From Bdellovibrio sp. (GTDB lineage Bacteria; Bdellovibrionota; Bdellovibrionia; Bdellovibrionales; Bdellovibrionaceae): a stretch of 64,000 bases of DNA. Both the position numbers and the translations under genes were made by a program. Location of the stretch: positions 672,001 through 736,000 of the forward strand of contig JAKFCY010000002.1 of assembly GCA_036676395.1 (NCBI GenBank), given 5' to 3'. The number at the start of each line of letters is the position of its first letter. The stretch's first letter is position 1. Below, one piece after another: positions 37,972 through 47,055 of this stretch. The notes under the pieces were generated by a model, which worked only from the letters and a program-made list of their open reading frames with translations, did not search any database and was not told the origin of the DNA.

Positions 37972-38858
37972 AAGCGTTCCTTAACTTTAAAATCCGATTT
38001 ATCGCTTTCAACAGTGGCGACATCGCAATAAGGATCATGTTCGAAAAATAAATACGTATTTTTTTCTAGCGATGATTTTAACAGAGCTGTTTTTTCTTCG
38101 ATGACTTTTAGGGGGTGTAAATCATAACCCATCACCCAGGCCGCTCTAATATGCGATGCGGTTGGAATCACATCCCCGCAATAAATTAATTTCTGAGTTT
38201 CATCTTCAACAATAACAACCTGATGAGCTGTTGTGTGGCCATCAGAAACCCATACTGAAATATTCGGCAATAGGTTTTTAGTTTCACCATTCACTAAATT
38301 TAAAACACCGGCATCTAAAAGCGGCTGAAAATTCGGCGCAAGGTAACTGGCTTTTTCACGAACATTTGGAGTTTGAGCTGTTTTTAAATTTTCAGTTTGT
38401 ACGTAATACTGCGCTTTAGGAAAAGTCGGTTTGATCATATTATCGATAGCACTTGTTGCGCCGCCGGCGTGATCGAAATGTAAATGTGTCAGGATAACAT
38501 CAGTAATATCATTTGCGGTTAAGCCATGGGCTGCTAATGAACTTTTAAGGCTAGGGCCTGAAGCATCGACACTGTAAAGTTCGGCAAATTTCGCTCCTAA
38601 TTTATCACCGTATTTGGCGATAAAGTCAGATCCATTGCCACAGTCAACTAACACATTACGATCAGCAGATTTTAATAATAAAGCGCGGGCTTCCATCGGG
38701 ATGCGGTTATGTTCATCAGCTGGATTGGTTTTTTCCCATAACGCTTTTGGAACTGTGCCAAACATGGCGCCGCCATCCAGGCCAAATAAACCAGTCGGTA
38801 ATGGGATAACTTCGTAGCCGCCAATGTTTAAATGAATTTTTGGATGATTAGTTTTCAT
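37959..38858 (-). CDS. MBL-fold metallo-hydrolase (YtnP-like)
   Basis: LDGGAMFG, THLHFDHAGG, GHT and MGYD motifs. Confidence 0.9.
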   Translation of the reverse strand: MKTNHPKIHLNIGGYEVIPLPTGLFGLDGGAMFGTVPKALWEKTNPADEHNRIPMEARALLLKSADRNVLVDCGNGSDFIAKYGDKLGAKFAELYSVDASGPSLKSSLAAHGLTANDITDVILTHLHFDHAGGATSAIDNMIKPTFPKAQYYVQTENLKTAQTPNVREKASYLAPNFQPLLDAGVLNLVNGETKNLLPNISVWVSDGHTTAHQVVIVEDETQKLIYCGDVIPTASHIRAAWVMGYDLHPLKVIEEKTALLKSSLEKNTYLFFEHDPYCDVATVESDKSDFKVKERFWLE

Positions 38859-39669
38859 CAGAACCTTCATCAGTGTTTTCGTCAGTGGTTAATTCTTGTA
38901 ATGTTTTTTCACTGGTATCTTCAGTGTAATTCGCATCGGTTAAATCATCTGGCAAGATTGATGGATCAATGGTTTTAACCCAATTGATATAATTTTGATA
39001 AACCACTTCAATATTTGTAGGCTCTTGTACCGGGCCTATATGCACAGTAAGTTTACCGGGTCTGGCAAAGATCGCCCCTTTAGGCCAAAGTTTTAAATTG
39101 CCTTCGATATAAATAAATAAAATCGGCGTTTTTGTTTTTTCAGCAAAAATACTAATGCCGCGTTTGAATTCCTGTAGCTTTCCGTCTTTAGAGCGAGTCC
39201 CTTCCGGAAAAATAATCAGCCACATGCGGTCTAAATCTCTAAGCAGAGTCAGAATTAAATTTACCGCTTCGCCTTTACGGTCTTTACGGTCGATCGGAAT
39301 CGCGCCTAAACAATTGGCCGAAAAAAAAGTAAATAGTGGATTTTTGAAAAAGTAGTCTTTTGCTGCTGCGATATAAAGATCAAACCAATGTTTGCGCGGA
39401 ATACTTGCGGCAATCGATGTCGCATCTAAGTGTGAGGCATGATTTGAAATGATAATCAGTTTTTTATGTTTTTCGTAAAGTTCGTCAAAATTACCGCCCT
39501 TAACTGAAAGGCGGATGTACATGGTGTAAAACCATTTTTTTAAAATAATAAACCAGATAAAACGAACAACTTTACTTGTTAAATCATAGTGATGAGTAAA
39601 AAGCGGAAGATGTTTTAAATGGCCCGGAAGCTTTGTCCACTGATCGTTGTCATAGTTCCACTCACGCAT
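38848..39669 (-). CDS. Lysophospholipid acyltransferase (PlsC-like)
   Basis: NHASHLD and FPEGTRS motifs. Confidence 0.88.
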   Translation of the reverse strand: MREWNYDNDQWTKLPGHLKHLPLFTHHYDLTSKVVRFIWFIILKKWFYTMYIRLSVKGGNFDELYEKHKKLIIISNHASHLDATSIAASIPRKHWFDLYIAAAKDYFFKNPLFTFFSANCLGAIPIDRKDRKGEAVNLILTLLRDLDRMWLIIFPEGTRSKDGKLQEFKRGISIFAEKTKTPILFIYIEGNLKLWPKGAIFARPGKLTVHIGPVQEPTNIEVVYQNYINWVKTIDPSILPDDLTDANYTEDTSEKTLQELTTDENTDEGSDEN

Positions 39670-39673
39670 AAGG

Positions 39674-40609
39674 TTATCCCAAAGCTTTCAGAGCTAACAT
39701 GACAAAGTAAAAAATCGGAGCCACAAAAATTAAACGATCCATGCGTTGTAAAAAATCACCGCGGCCTAAAACAAACGGGCCCACGATTTTGACACCGGCA
39801 TCTTTACGAAACACGGCCATCACTAGATCACCAACAACACCACCAAATGAAGCCACTAAGCCTGAAGCCAGCCAGTATTGTTCGCCACGATCTGGTAAGA
39901 GGTGGCGCATACCGTAAGCTAAGGCTACCGTCATTAAGATTGAAGTTGCTGTACTTAAAAACGTACGACGCTGTGAAAGTTCAGCAAAAATTTTATTGCC
40001 GCGAAAATATCCGCTGATCGCTAAATTCGTATTGTCACAGAATTCAGTTAAGATCACCAAATACATCAATTGGTAAATGCCGTTTTCGAAGTTAAGGAGC
40101 AAGGCTAAATGCATGAACGACCAGCCTAAGAAGATAAATCCGAGTAAAGTTAATGAAATGTACTGGATCATATTTTTGTATTCGCGCTTGATCAGCGGAA
40201 CCAAACACAAAGCCCCCAAGACAATCATCGGCATAGAATTGTAAGTAACAAGATTATCGTAATACGAACAAGCGGCTAATCCTAGGATACCGCCGTAAGC
40301 AATGTACACGAAGGCACTCTTATGAAAAATACCCAAGATCTGAAAATAAGCCTTAGCGCCAAAGATTGCAAAAACAGTTAAAGCAATAAATGGGATTGGG
40401 TAGGGAAGCCCTAATACACCAAACATGATCGGAGCAAAGATCAACCAACTTTTAATCGAAGCCCAAGCCACCATCGAATATTGGTTGTTTTTGCGAAGTA
40501 AAAAGTTAACTATCCCGCCGGCAAAAATTACGGCAATAACGATCAAAGCTGTTTGTTGATAGATAGGGCTGTGCCAACCGATGAAATCTGATTGAAGGGG
40601 ATTATTCAT
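39674..40609 (-). CDS. Phosphatidate cytidylyltransferase (CdsA/YnbB-like)
   Basis: Multi-TM protein with GDLVMAVFRKDAGVK..GRGDFLQRMD motif. Confidence 0.8.
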   Translation of the reverse strand: MNNPLQSDFIGWHSPIYQQTALIVIAVIFAGGIVNFLLRKNNQYSMVAWASIKSWLIFAPIMFGVLGLPYPIPFIALTVFAIFGAKAYFQILGIFHKSAFVYIAYGGILGLAACSYYDNLVTYNSMPMIVLGALCLVPLIKREYKNMIQYISLTLLGFIFLGWSFMHLALLLNFENGIYQLMYLVILTEFCDNTNLAISGYFRGNKIFAELSQRRTFLSTATSILMTVALAYGMRHLLPDRGEQYWLASGLVASFGGVVGDLVMAVFRKDAGVKIVGPFVLGRGDFLQRMDRLIFVAPIFYFVMLALKALG

Positions 40610-41942
40610 AAACTATTCCGTAATCTTTAATTTTTTTATACAAGCTTGATTTTGAAATCTGTAAAGATGTGCAAGCTTGGTCGATGTTATTATTTTGTTT
40701 TAAGAAAAGAGTGATAAACTTTTTCTCTTGAGCATTGATAAACTCTTCTAAACTTTGATCTAACTTAATGGTTTCGCTGTTTTCAGGCATGCCGCCAGAA
40801 AACAATAGACGATTTACATCTTCTTTAAGAACGACTGGTAACGGCGATGTTAATACAAGCTGTTCGCAGACACGCTTTAATTCGCGAATGTTGCCTGGCC
40901 AATCATAAGCCTGCAACGCTTCAAAAGCTTCTTGGTCGAATTGTTTGTTGCGCTTGGCTTTGTCTTTTTCAAGAAAAAATTTAGCGACATCAGGAATATC
41001 AGCTTTGCGTTCACGTAAACCCGGTAAACTGATTTTATGGGCTGAAATTCTAAAATATAAATCTTCACGAAATTTTTTCTCAGCAATAAGTTGTTTTAAT
41101 GGCTGATTGCTGGCGGCGATTACGCGCACATCAACATGAAAAGATTCTTTAGAGCCAACTTTTTTAACTTCACCAGTTTCTAAGAAACGTAAAAGTTTAG
41201 CTTGCTGTCCTAAAGGGAGTGCTTCGATTTCATCTAAAAATAAATCTCCGCCATGAGCGGCTTCACAAAGACCGACTTTGTTTTGATCAGCGCCGGTGAA
41301 TGAACCTTTAATGTGACCAAAGAATTCAGATTCAAATAGGTTTTCAGAAATTCCGGCACAGTTAATAGTTACGAAAGGTTTGGCCCCCTCTTGCTGGGCT
41401 AAAAGCCTAGCGATAACATCTTTACCGGTTCCGGTTTCGCCTTCGATAAGAACTGAACTGCGTTCACCTTTAAGCGAGGCAATCGTTTTTCTAACTTGTT
41501 CCATGATAGGTGATTGGCCTACAAGAGTCGTTTTTTTGTGATTTGAATATTCAACTTGGCGCAATTGCCAGTAAGCCATGATTTTTTCTAAAGTCATCGT
41601 CACTTCGGCAGCGATTAAGGGCTTAGCCAAAAAGCGGGCAGCGCCAGATTTAATCGCCATTTCCATGTTCTGACGGTTTAAATCACCAGACATCGAAACG
41701 ATTTCAGTTTGCGGATTTTTTTTCAACAATTGAGCAATGATCGTAGGGCCATCGGGAGTTTCGCCAACCTTAGACAGAATATGCATGTCGACCATAGCCG
41801 CATGATAAAAGATGTGATCCGGAATCAAATCTGGCCTTAACGCGATAAAAACTTTAAAGCCCGCAGGAGCCATCAGCTTTACAGAATTAGCAAGCATTGC
41901 ATCATCATCGACGATGAGTAAATTAAGTAAATCAGTAGACAT
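40602..41942 (-). CDS. Sigma54-dependent response regulator (REC-AAA+-HTH)
   Basis: GETGTGKD, ESEFFGH, GSFTGA, LFLDEI, WPGNIREL, Fis-type HTH. Confidence 0.9.
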   Translation of the reverse strand: MSTDLLNLLIVDDDAMLANSVKLMAPAGFKVFIALRPDLIPDHIFYHAAMVDMHILSKVGETPDGPTIIAQLLKKNPQTEIVSMSGDLNRQNMEMAIKSGAARFLAKPLIAAEVTMTLEKIMAYWQLRQVEYSNHKKTTLVGQSPIMEQVRKTIASLKGERSSVLIEGETGTGKDVIARLLAQQEGAKPFVTINCAGISENLFESEFFGHIKGSFTGADQNKVGLCEAAHGGDLFLDEIEALPLGQQAKLLRFLETGEVKKVGSKESFHVDVRVIAASNQPLKQLIAEKKFREDLYFRISAHKISLPGLRERKADIPDVAKFFLEKDKAKRNKQFDQEAFEALQAYDWPGNIRELKRVCEQLVLTSPLPVVLKEDVNRLLFSGGMPENSETIKLDQSLEEFINAQEKKFITLFLKQNNNIDQACTSLQISKSSLYKKIKDYGIVYE

Positions 41943-41969
41943 TGCCTTATTCTATTCTAGAATAAATGC

Positions 41970-43187
41970 ATGTCAAAAATTAAAATTTTACTTGCCGAAG
42001 GAATCCACCCCGTTGCCCAAGAAAAACTGCAGGCGGAAGGATATATTGTTGACTTAATAAAGCATGCTCCGGCTGAAGACGAGTATTTAAAATTACTTTC
42101 TCAATATCAAGCCTTAGGCATTCGTTCAAAATCAGAATTAACGGCTAAAATTTTAAAAAACAACCCGCATTTACTAGCGATTGGTGCATTCTGTATCGGC
42201 ACAAATCAAATTGATTTGGCGACAGCCACTGAAGTGGGAATTCCAATTTTTAATGCTCCCCACAGTAACACACGTTCGGTGGCTGAATTAGTGATCGCCG
42301 AAATGATCTCACTTTCACGTCAGCTCTGTGATCGCAACACTATGGCTCATCGTGGTGAATGGGTTAAATCTGCTGATGGTTCACGCGAAGTCCGCGGTAA
42401 AACTTTAGGAATCGTCGGTTACGGCCATATCGGCAGCCAGCTAAGTGTTTTAGCTGAAGCCATGGGTATGAGAGTCGTATTTTACGACGTTGTTAAAAAA
42501 TTACCTTTAGGCAATGCCCAGCCAAAAACCAAATTAGATGATTTATTGGCGTCAGCTGATTTCATCAGTTTGCACGTGCCAGAGACTCCTGAAACAAAAA
42601 ATATGATTTCAAAAGATCAGCTTTTTAAAATGAAAAAAGGCAGTTTTTTAATCAATGCTTCACGCGGCACGGTCGTCAATATCGAAGATCTAGTTTTAGC
42701 CTTAAAAGAAAACCATATTGCCGGTTGTGCAATCGATGTATTTCCGATTGAACCGGCATCAAATAAAGAATCTTTTAAATCCAACTTACAAAATTTAAAA
42801 AATGTGATTCTGACTCCGCATATCGGTGGTAGCACTGAAGAGGCGCAATATTCGATTGGTCTTGAAGTGGCTGAAAGTTTTCGTAAGTTTTTACAGACGG
42901 GAACAACTGCGGGAGCTGTGAATTTTCCGAATGTTGAATTAGTACCTAAAACCAATGTCACGCGACTTATGAATGTTCATAAAAATGAGCCCGGTGTGCT
43001 TGGTGAAATCAACGGCTATATCTCTGAAGCCGGCGCCAATATCCAGGCTCAGTACCTATCAACTGATTCTAAAATTGGTTATCTGGTGGTTGATCTTGAA
43101 ATGGATAAAGCCAAACTTTCAGCGGCGCAATTGATTGATAAAATTCAAAAATCTTCGCGCAATATTAAAACTCACCAGGTGTTTTAA
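41970..43187 (+). CDS. serA: D-3-phosphoglycerate dehydrogenase
   Basis: FCIGTNQ, NTRSVAE, GYGHIG, TPHIGGST, C-terminal ACT domain. Confidence 0.93.
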   Translation: MSKIKILLAEGIHPVAQEKLQAEGYIVDLIKHAPAEDEYLKLLSQYQALGIRSKSELTAKILKNNPHLLAIGAFCIGTNQIDLATATEVGIPIFNAPHSNTRSVAELVIAEMISLSRQLCDRNTMAHRGEWVKSADGSREVRGKTLGIVGYGHIGSQLSVLAEAMGMRVVFYDVVKKLPLGNAQPKTKLDDLLASADFISLHVPETPETKNMISKDQLFKMKKGSFLINASRGTVVNIEDLVLALKENHIAGCAIDVFPIEPASNKESFKSNLQNLKNVILTPHIGGSTEEAQYSIGLEVAESFRKFLQTGTTAGAVNFPNVELVPKTNVTRLMNVHKNEPGVLGEINGYISEAGANIQAQYLSTDSKIGYLVVDLEMDKAKLSAAQLIDKIQKSSRNIKTHQVF

Positions 43188-43238
43188 AGCCGTCCGCAAC
43201 GGCCCTAATCTTGTATCCAGAAAACCGTGATTTTAAGA

Positions 43239-43997
43239 ATGACGGCAAATCTATTTAAAGGGCTATTCGGTCTGTGGCTTCTGCTATACCCATGTCTATC
43301 TTTTGGACAAGAGCGCCTAAATGTGGTTTTTGACCTAGATTGGACGCTTTTAAATTCAACCACTGAGGCCATGGTGCAGGCTGAACCTTCAGGAACTTTT
43401 AGCTTCGAGGGTAAATGGTACCGTATTGCCCATGGCACTGCTGAGTCGATTAAAAAACTGCATGAGCAAGGAATTGATGTGTCGCTTTTTAGTGGCGGCA
43501 GCAGTGAACGCAATGACTTTGCAGCAAAAATTATTCAACAACAAGTGAATGAGTTAATAGGAAGTAGCGAGTTTCAGTTTAAACAGGTCTTAGATTTACA
43601 TGATTTATTAGTTGTAAGCACTGACCCCAATGCGCGCTTTGCCGAAAAATATAAAAAAGAATTATCGCGATTTTTTGATATCGAGCGCACCTTGATTGTC
43701 GATGATATGACGGCATTCAGCGTGAAAGGTCAGGAAAAAAACTTAGTCTGGTTAGGAAAAACCTATAACGACCGGCCCCGTTTTGAATTACAAAGTAGTG
43801 AAAGTGCTGAGAGTAAGGCTTATTCGGCTCCAAATTTTTTAGAATGGTTGCGCGATTATAATAAAATTATTATAGCTGTAGCTGACATTTTAAAAGCTAA
43901 AACGATCATGCAAAAAAGCAACATCAGCTTACCGGAAGCCTTCTATAAGGTTGATCCTTTTAAAAATAAATTTCCGATGTGCGGAAATTTATTCTGA
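43239..43997 (+). CDS. Exported HAD-superfamily phosphatase-like protein
   Basis: VVFDLDWTL, FSGG and IVDD motifs; signal-like N-terminus. Confidence 0.65.
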   Translation: MTANLFKGLFGLWLLLYPCLSFGQERLNVVFDLDWTLLNSTTEAMVQAEPSGTFSFEGKWYRIAHGTAESIKKLHEQGIDVSLFSGGSSERNDFAAKIIQQQVNELIGSSEFQFKQVLDLHDLLVVSTDPNARFAEKYKKELSRFFDIERTLIVDDMTAFSVKGQEKNLVWLGKTYNDRPRFELQSSESAESKAYSAPNFLEWLRDYNKIIIAVADILKAKTIMQKSNISLPEAFYKVDPFKNKFPMCGNLF

Positions 43998-44402
43998 CCC
44001 GTAAAGACTAAAGTTTCCTACTTTGTGTGGAGACGGGTCTTTAAGAGCCACTTTTACCGATGTTACGCATTTTTGACAGACCACCTGATGGTCTGGATAC
44101 AGAATGCCTCTTTTAAATTTAATTTTCTCTTTGCAGTGTGGACAGGCCACATGACCGTGATGAATTTCAAATTTAGCCTTTTCTGCTTTAAGGGCCTGAT
44201 AAATACCGATCACAAAAAATAACGGCGTAAAGAAAACATCATAAACGGGTATAAAAAATGTGACAAAAGCCAAGCCCCAGAAAATAAGTAATTTTATAAG
44301 GATGTTTTTAACTATTTCGACTTTTAAGAAGCGGCGGACATACAAAGTGCCAGTTTGTTGTTCGTCACTGGGCGTATAAGCCCTAATGAGAATTTGTTCC
44401 AT
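43989..44402 (-). CDS. Two-TM protein with C-terminal zinc ribbon (paralog 1)
   Basis: CPHC...CQKC; paralogous to 44548-44910. Confidence 0.7.
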   Translation of the reverse strand: MEQILIRAYTPSDEQQTGTLYVRRFLKVEIVKNILIKLLIFWGLAFVTFFIPVYDVFFTPLFFVIGIYQALKAEKAKFEIHHGHVACPHCKEKIKFKRGILYPDHQVVCQKCVTSVKVALKDPSPHKVGNFSLYGSE

Positions 44403-44547
44403 ACTTGCCTCACCTTATTTATACTGTAGCAGATTTTAAAAAATAGTCAGTGTTTGATGCTTTTCATAATGAAGAATACAGCGATTAATCAGTACCGTGC
44501 TATGCAGAAATGCGGTGCTTCGTTGACATACAAAATTTAGATTAAGT

Positions 44548-44910
44548 TTAGACTAACACTGTAACTTGCGTTACGCAGCTCTGACAAATTTCTTTGTGGC
44601 CTTCGATAAAAACAGATTTTTTAATCGCGATGATTTTTTGACAGCGCGGGCAGGGAACTTGGCCATCTTGAATTTCGAACTGAGCTTTTTTAGCTTTTAA
44701 GGCCTGAAAAATGCCAAGAATAAAAAATAAGGGCACTGTAATAAAATGAAAGACCGGAATCAAAACTGTAAATAAAGCAATACCCCAGAATAGGCCTAAT
44801 TTTTTTAAAACATTTATCATGATATCTTGTTTTGAAAAACGACGAATCTGCAATGTGCCGGTTTGTTCTGGATCACTCGGGGTATAAGCTTTAATTGCAA
44901 TCTGTTCCAT
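44548..44910 (-). CDS. Two-TM protein with C-terminal zinc ribbon (paralog 2)
   Basis: CPRC...CQSC; 19 of the first 25 residues identical to paralog 1. Confidence 0.7.
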   Translation of the reverse strand: MEQIAIKAYTPSDPEQTGTLQIRRFSKQDIMINVLKKLGLFWGIALFTVLIPVFHFITVPLFFILGIFQALKAKKAQFEIQDGQVPCPRCQKIIAIKKSVFIEGHKEICQSCVTQVTVLV

Positions 44911-44913
44911 GGG

Positions 44914-46296
44914 TTAGTCGATAACTTTACCTGGGTTAATAATATTATCTGGATCAAAAACTTTTTTAATGCCTTTCATGATTTCAATCTCGGCATTAGA
45001 TCGTGTGTAATTTAAAAATGATTTTTTTGATAAACCCACACCGTGTTCAGCAGAAATGCTGCCGTGCTGGCTTTTGACAGCTTGAAACACTAATTCATCA
45101 ACCTTACGGCATTCTTTGACAAAAACTTCTTTGGTCATGCCTTCAGGTCGCAAAATATTAATATGTAAATTGCCATCACCGATATGGCCAAACCAAATCA
45201 CTTCCCAAGTAGGGTAAGCTTTCGTTAAAACCTGATCTAACTCTTGCATAAAAGCCGGAACTTTTGAAATCGCAACGGCAATATCATTTTTATACGGAGA
45301 ATATTTTGAAAGTGATTCACTGATATCTTCACGGTAACGCCAAAAAGTTTGCGCCTGCGCTTCAGACTGCGAAATAACACCATCAATGATCATGCCTTGT
45401 TCTAAACACGATTCAAAAACACTCATTACTTTTTCTTCGGCTTCTGCCGTTGGGCATTCAACCTCGCAAACCACATAAAAATCAGTCACTGTTTCAAACG
45501 GACGGTGCAGATCATCAGTTGAAGCTAAAACTTTTTGTAATGCCTTTTCAGAAAACATTTCATAGGCCTGCATGTGACAGTGTTTTTTAAATTCAGCATA
45601 GACTTTCATGACCGAAGCCATTTGATCCAGAGCTAAAACCAAGACTTTTAATTCTGGAGGTTTGGGCGCAAGTTTAATTAAAGCTTCAGTGATAAAACCT
45701 AAGATGCCTTCGCTGCCGATAAATAAATGTCTAAGATCAAGACCCGTGGCATTTTTAACAAGGCCATTGTTTAATTCTAAAATTTCGCCAGTGCCAGTAA
45801 CTACTTTTAACCCAACAACCCAGTCACGTGTTAAACCGTAACGTACAACTTTAATGCCGCCGGCATTGGTTGCGATATTGCCGCCCATTTGCGAAGACCC
45901 GCTGGCGGCGAAATCTACAGGGTAGAATAAGCCTTTATCTACTGCATAGTTTTGTAATTCTTCGGTGATCATGCCTGGCTGAATACGAACAGTTGAATCA
46001 GTTTCGTTAAATTCTAAAACTTTATTCATACGTTCAAAACTAACAACAGCTTCGCCGTGAGTTGCACAAGCTGCGCCACTTAAGCCAGTACGGCCACCAG
46101 AAGGCACTAAGGCAATTTTATGTTTACGAGCCCAGTGAACAATTTCAACAACATCAGTTGTCGACTCAGGAAACAAAATAGCTGACGCTTTGATGTCGTA
46201 ATACGTCGTCCAATCTTTACCGTAGTAAGATAGCGAGTCAGCATCGGTTTTGATTTGTTGGGGAGCTAAAGGTAATTCTTTAAGGTATGAATCCAT
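44914..46296 (-). CDS. FAD-binding oxidoreductase, D-2-hydroxyglutarate dehydrogenase-like
   Basis: SGGRTGLSG, GGNIATNAGG, GHIGDGNLH, SAEHGVG and NPGK motifs. Confidence 0.85.
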   Translation of the reverse strand: MDSYLKELPLAPQQIKTDADSLSYYGKDWTTYYDIKASAILFPESTTDVVEIVHWARKHKIALVPSGGRTGLSGAACATHGEAVVSFERMNKVLEFNETDSTVRIQPGMITEELQNYAVDKGLFYPVDFAASGSSQMGGNIATNAGGIKVVRYGLTRDWVVGLKVVTGTGEILELNNGLVKNATGLDLRHLFIGSEGILGFITEALIKLAPKPPELKVLVLALDQMASVMKVYAEFKKHCHMQAYEMFSEKALQKVLASTDDLHRPFETVTDFYVVCEVECPTAEAEEKVMSVFESCLEQGMIIDGVISQSEAQAQTFWRYREDISESLSKYSPYKNDIAVAISKVPAFMQELDQVLTKAYPTWEVIWFGHIGDGNLHINILRPEGMTKEVFVKECRKVDELVFQAVKSQHGSISAEHGVGLSKKSFLNYTRSNAEIEIMKGIKKVFDPDNIINPGKVID

Positions 46297-46304
46297 ACCT
46301 TAAA

Positions 46305-46487
46305 CTATCGCAAAGTTCTGATGCGAAAGAAAGAATATATTGGGCATAGACCCCATCCGGCAGTGGCAAGACCGTACAGTCCAAGGGCGTAAAACCACAA
46401 AGGGCCGCCAGCCACAGCGTACGACAAGGCTAGAACAGAAAGTAAAAAACGAAAGGCCCTGTCCCACAGGGCCACATTACACAACAT
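46305..46487 (-). CDS. DUF2892/YgaP-like small membrane protein
   Basis: NV..WDR..R and G.CPIY motifs. Confidence 0.8.
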   Translation of the reverse strand: MLCNVALWDRAFRFLLSVLALSYAVAGGPLWFYALGLYGLATAGWGLCPIYSFFRIRTLR

Positions 46488-46490
46488 CGA

Positions 46491-46799
46491 TTAATTTTTA
46501 ATCAAGTCTTGTAGTTCGCCAGCTTGATACATTTCCATCATGATATCAGAACCACCAACTAACTTTTTATTAATGTAAAGTTGTGGGATTGTCGGCCAGT
46601 TGCCGTAGTCTTTGATGCCTTGGCGAATTTCTTCGTCTTCAAGAACATTTACATCTTTAAATTGAACGCCGATATCTTGTAAAATTGCAGTTGCACGAGC
46701 AGAAAAACCGCATTGTGGAAACTGTTGCGTGCCTTTCATGAATAAAACGATTTTGTTGTCGTTTAATAAACTATCGATTTTTGTTTTAGTGTCAGACAT
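46491..46799 (-). CDS. grxD: Monothiol glutaredoxin Grx4
   Basis: PQCGFS, WPTIPQLY and GGSDI motifs. Confidence 0.95.
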   Translation of the reverse strand: MSDTKTKIDSLLNDNKIVLFMKGTQQFPQCGFSARATAILQDIGVQFKDVNVLEDEEIRQGIKDYGNWPTIPQLYINKKLVGGSDIMMEMYQAGELQDLIKN

Positions 46800-46811
46800 G
46801 TGTCCCCCTGA

Positions 46812-47051
46812 TTATTTAGTTGCTGTTTTAATTGATAGAGCATGCACTTCGCCAGTTTTTAATTCTGGTGCGAAAGCTTTCATTACATGCTGGTGTTGTT
46901 CGATACGTGATAAGCCTTTAAAAGCCTGGCTTTTTACGGCGACTTCCCAGTGATCTGAAGTTCCTGTGAGGTCAAAAACCTGAATTTCAGAATTCGGGTC
47001 ACAGTCGGGATAGTGTTCTTGCAATCTTTGTTTCATCTGATCTAATGTCAT
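46812..47051 (-). CDS. BolA-family protein
   Basis: DH..V..S..F.G.SRIEQH...HALSIKT; adjacent to grxD. Confidence 0.9.
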   Translation of the reverse strand: MTLDQMKQRLQEHYPDCDPNSEIQVFDLTGTSDHWEVAVKSQAFKGLSRIEQHQHVMKAFAPELKTGEVHALSIKTATK

Positions 47052-47055
47052 AGAT

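Noticed and set aside
43980..43997. C-terminal CGNLF of the HAD protein and REPSS after the lipobox of the 56087 gene as lineage-specific sorting tags
   Set aside because: Single occurrences in this window; cannot be supported without a proteome-wide count.
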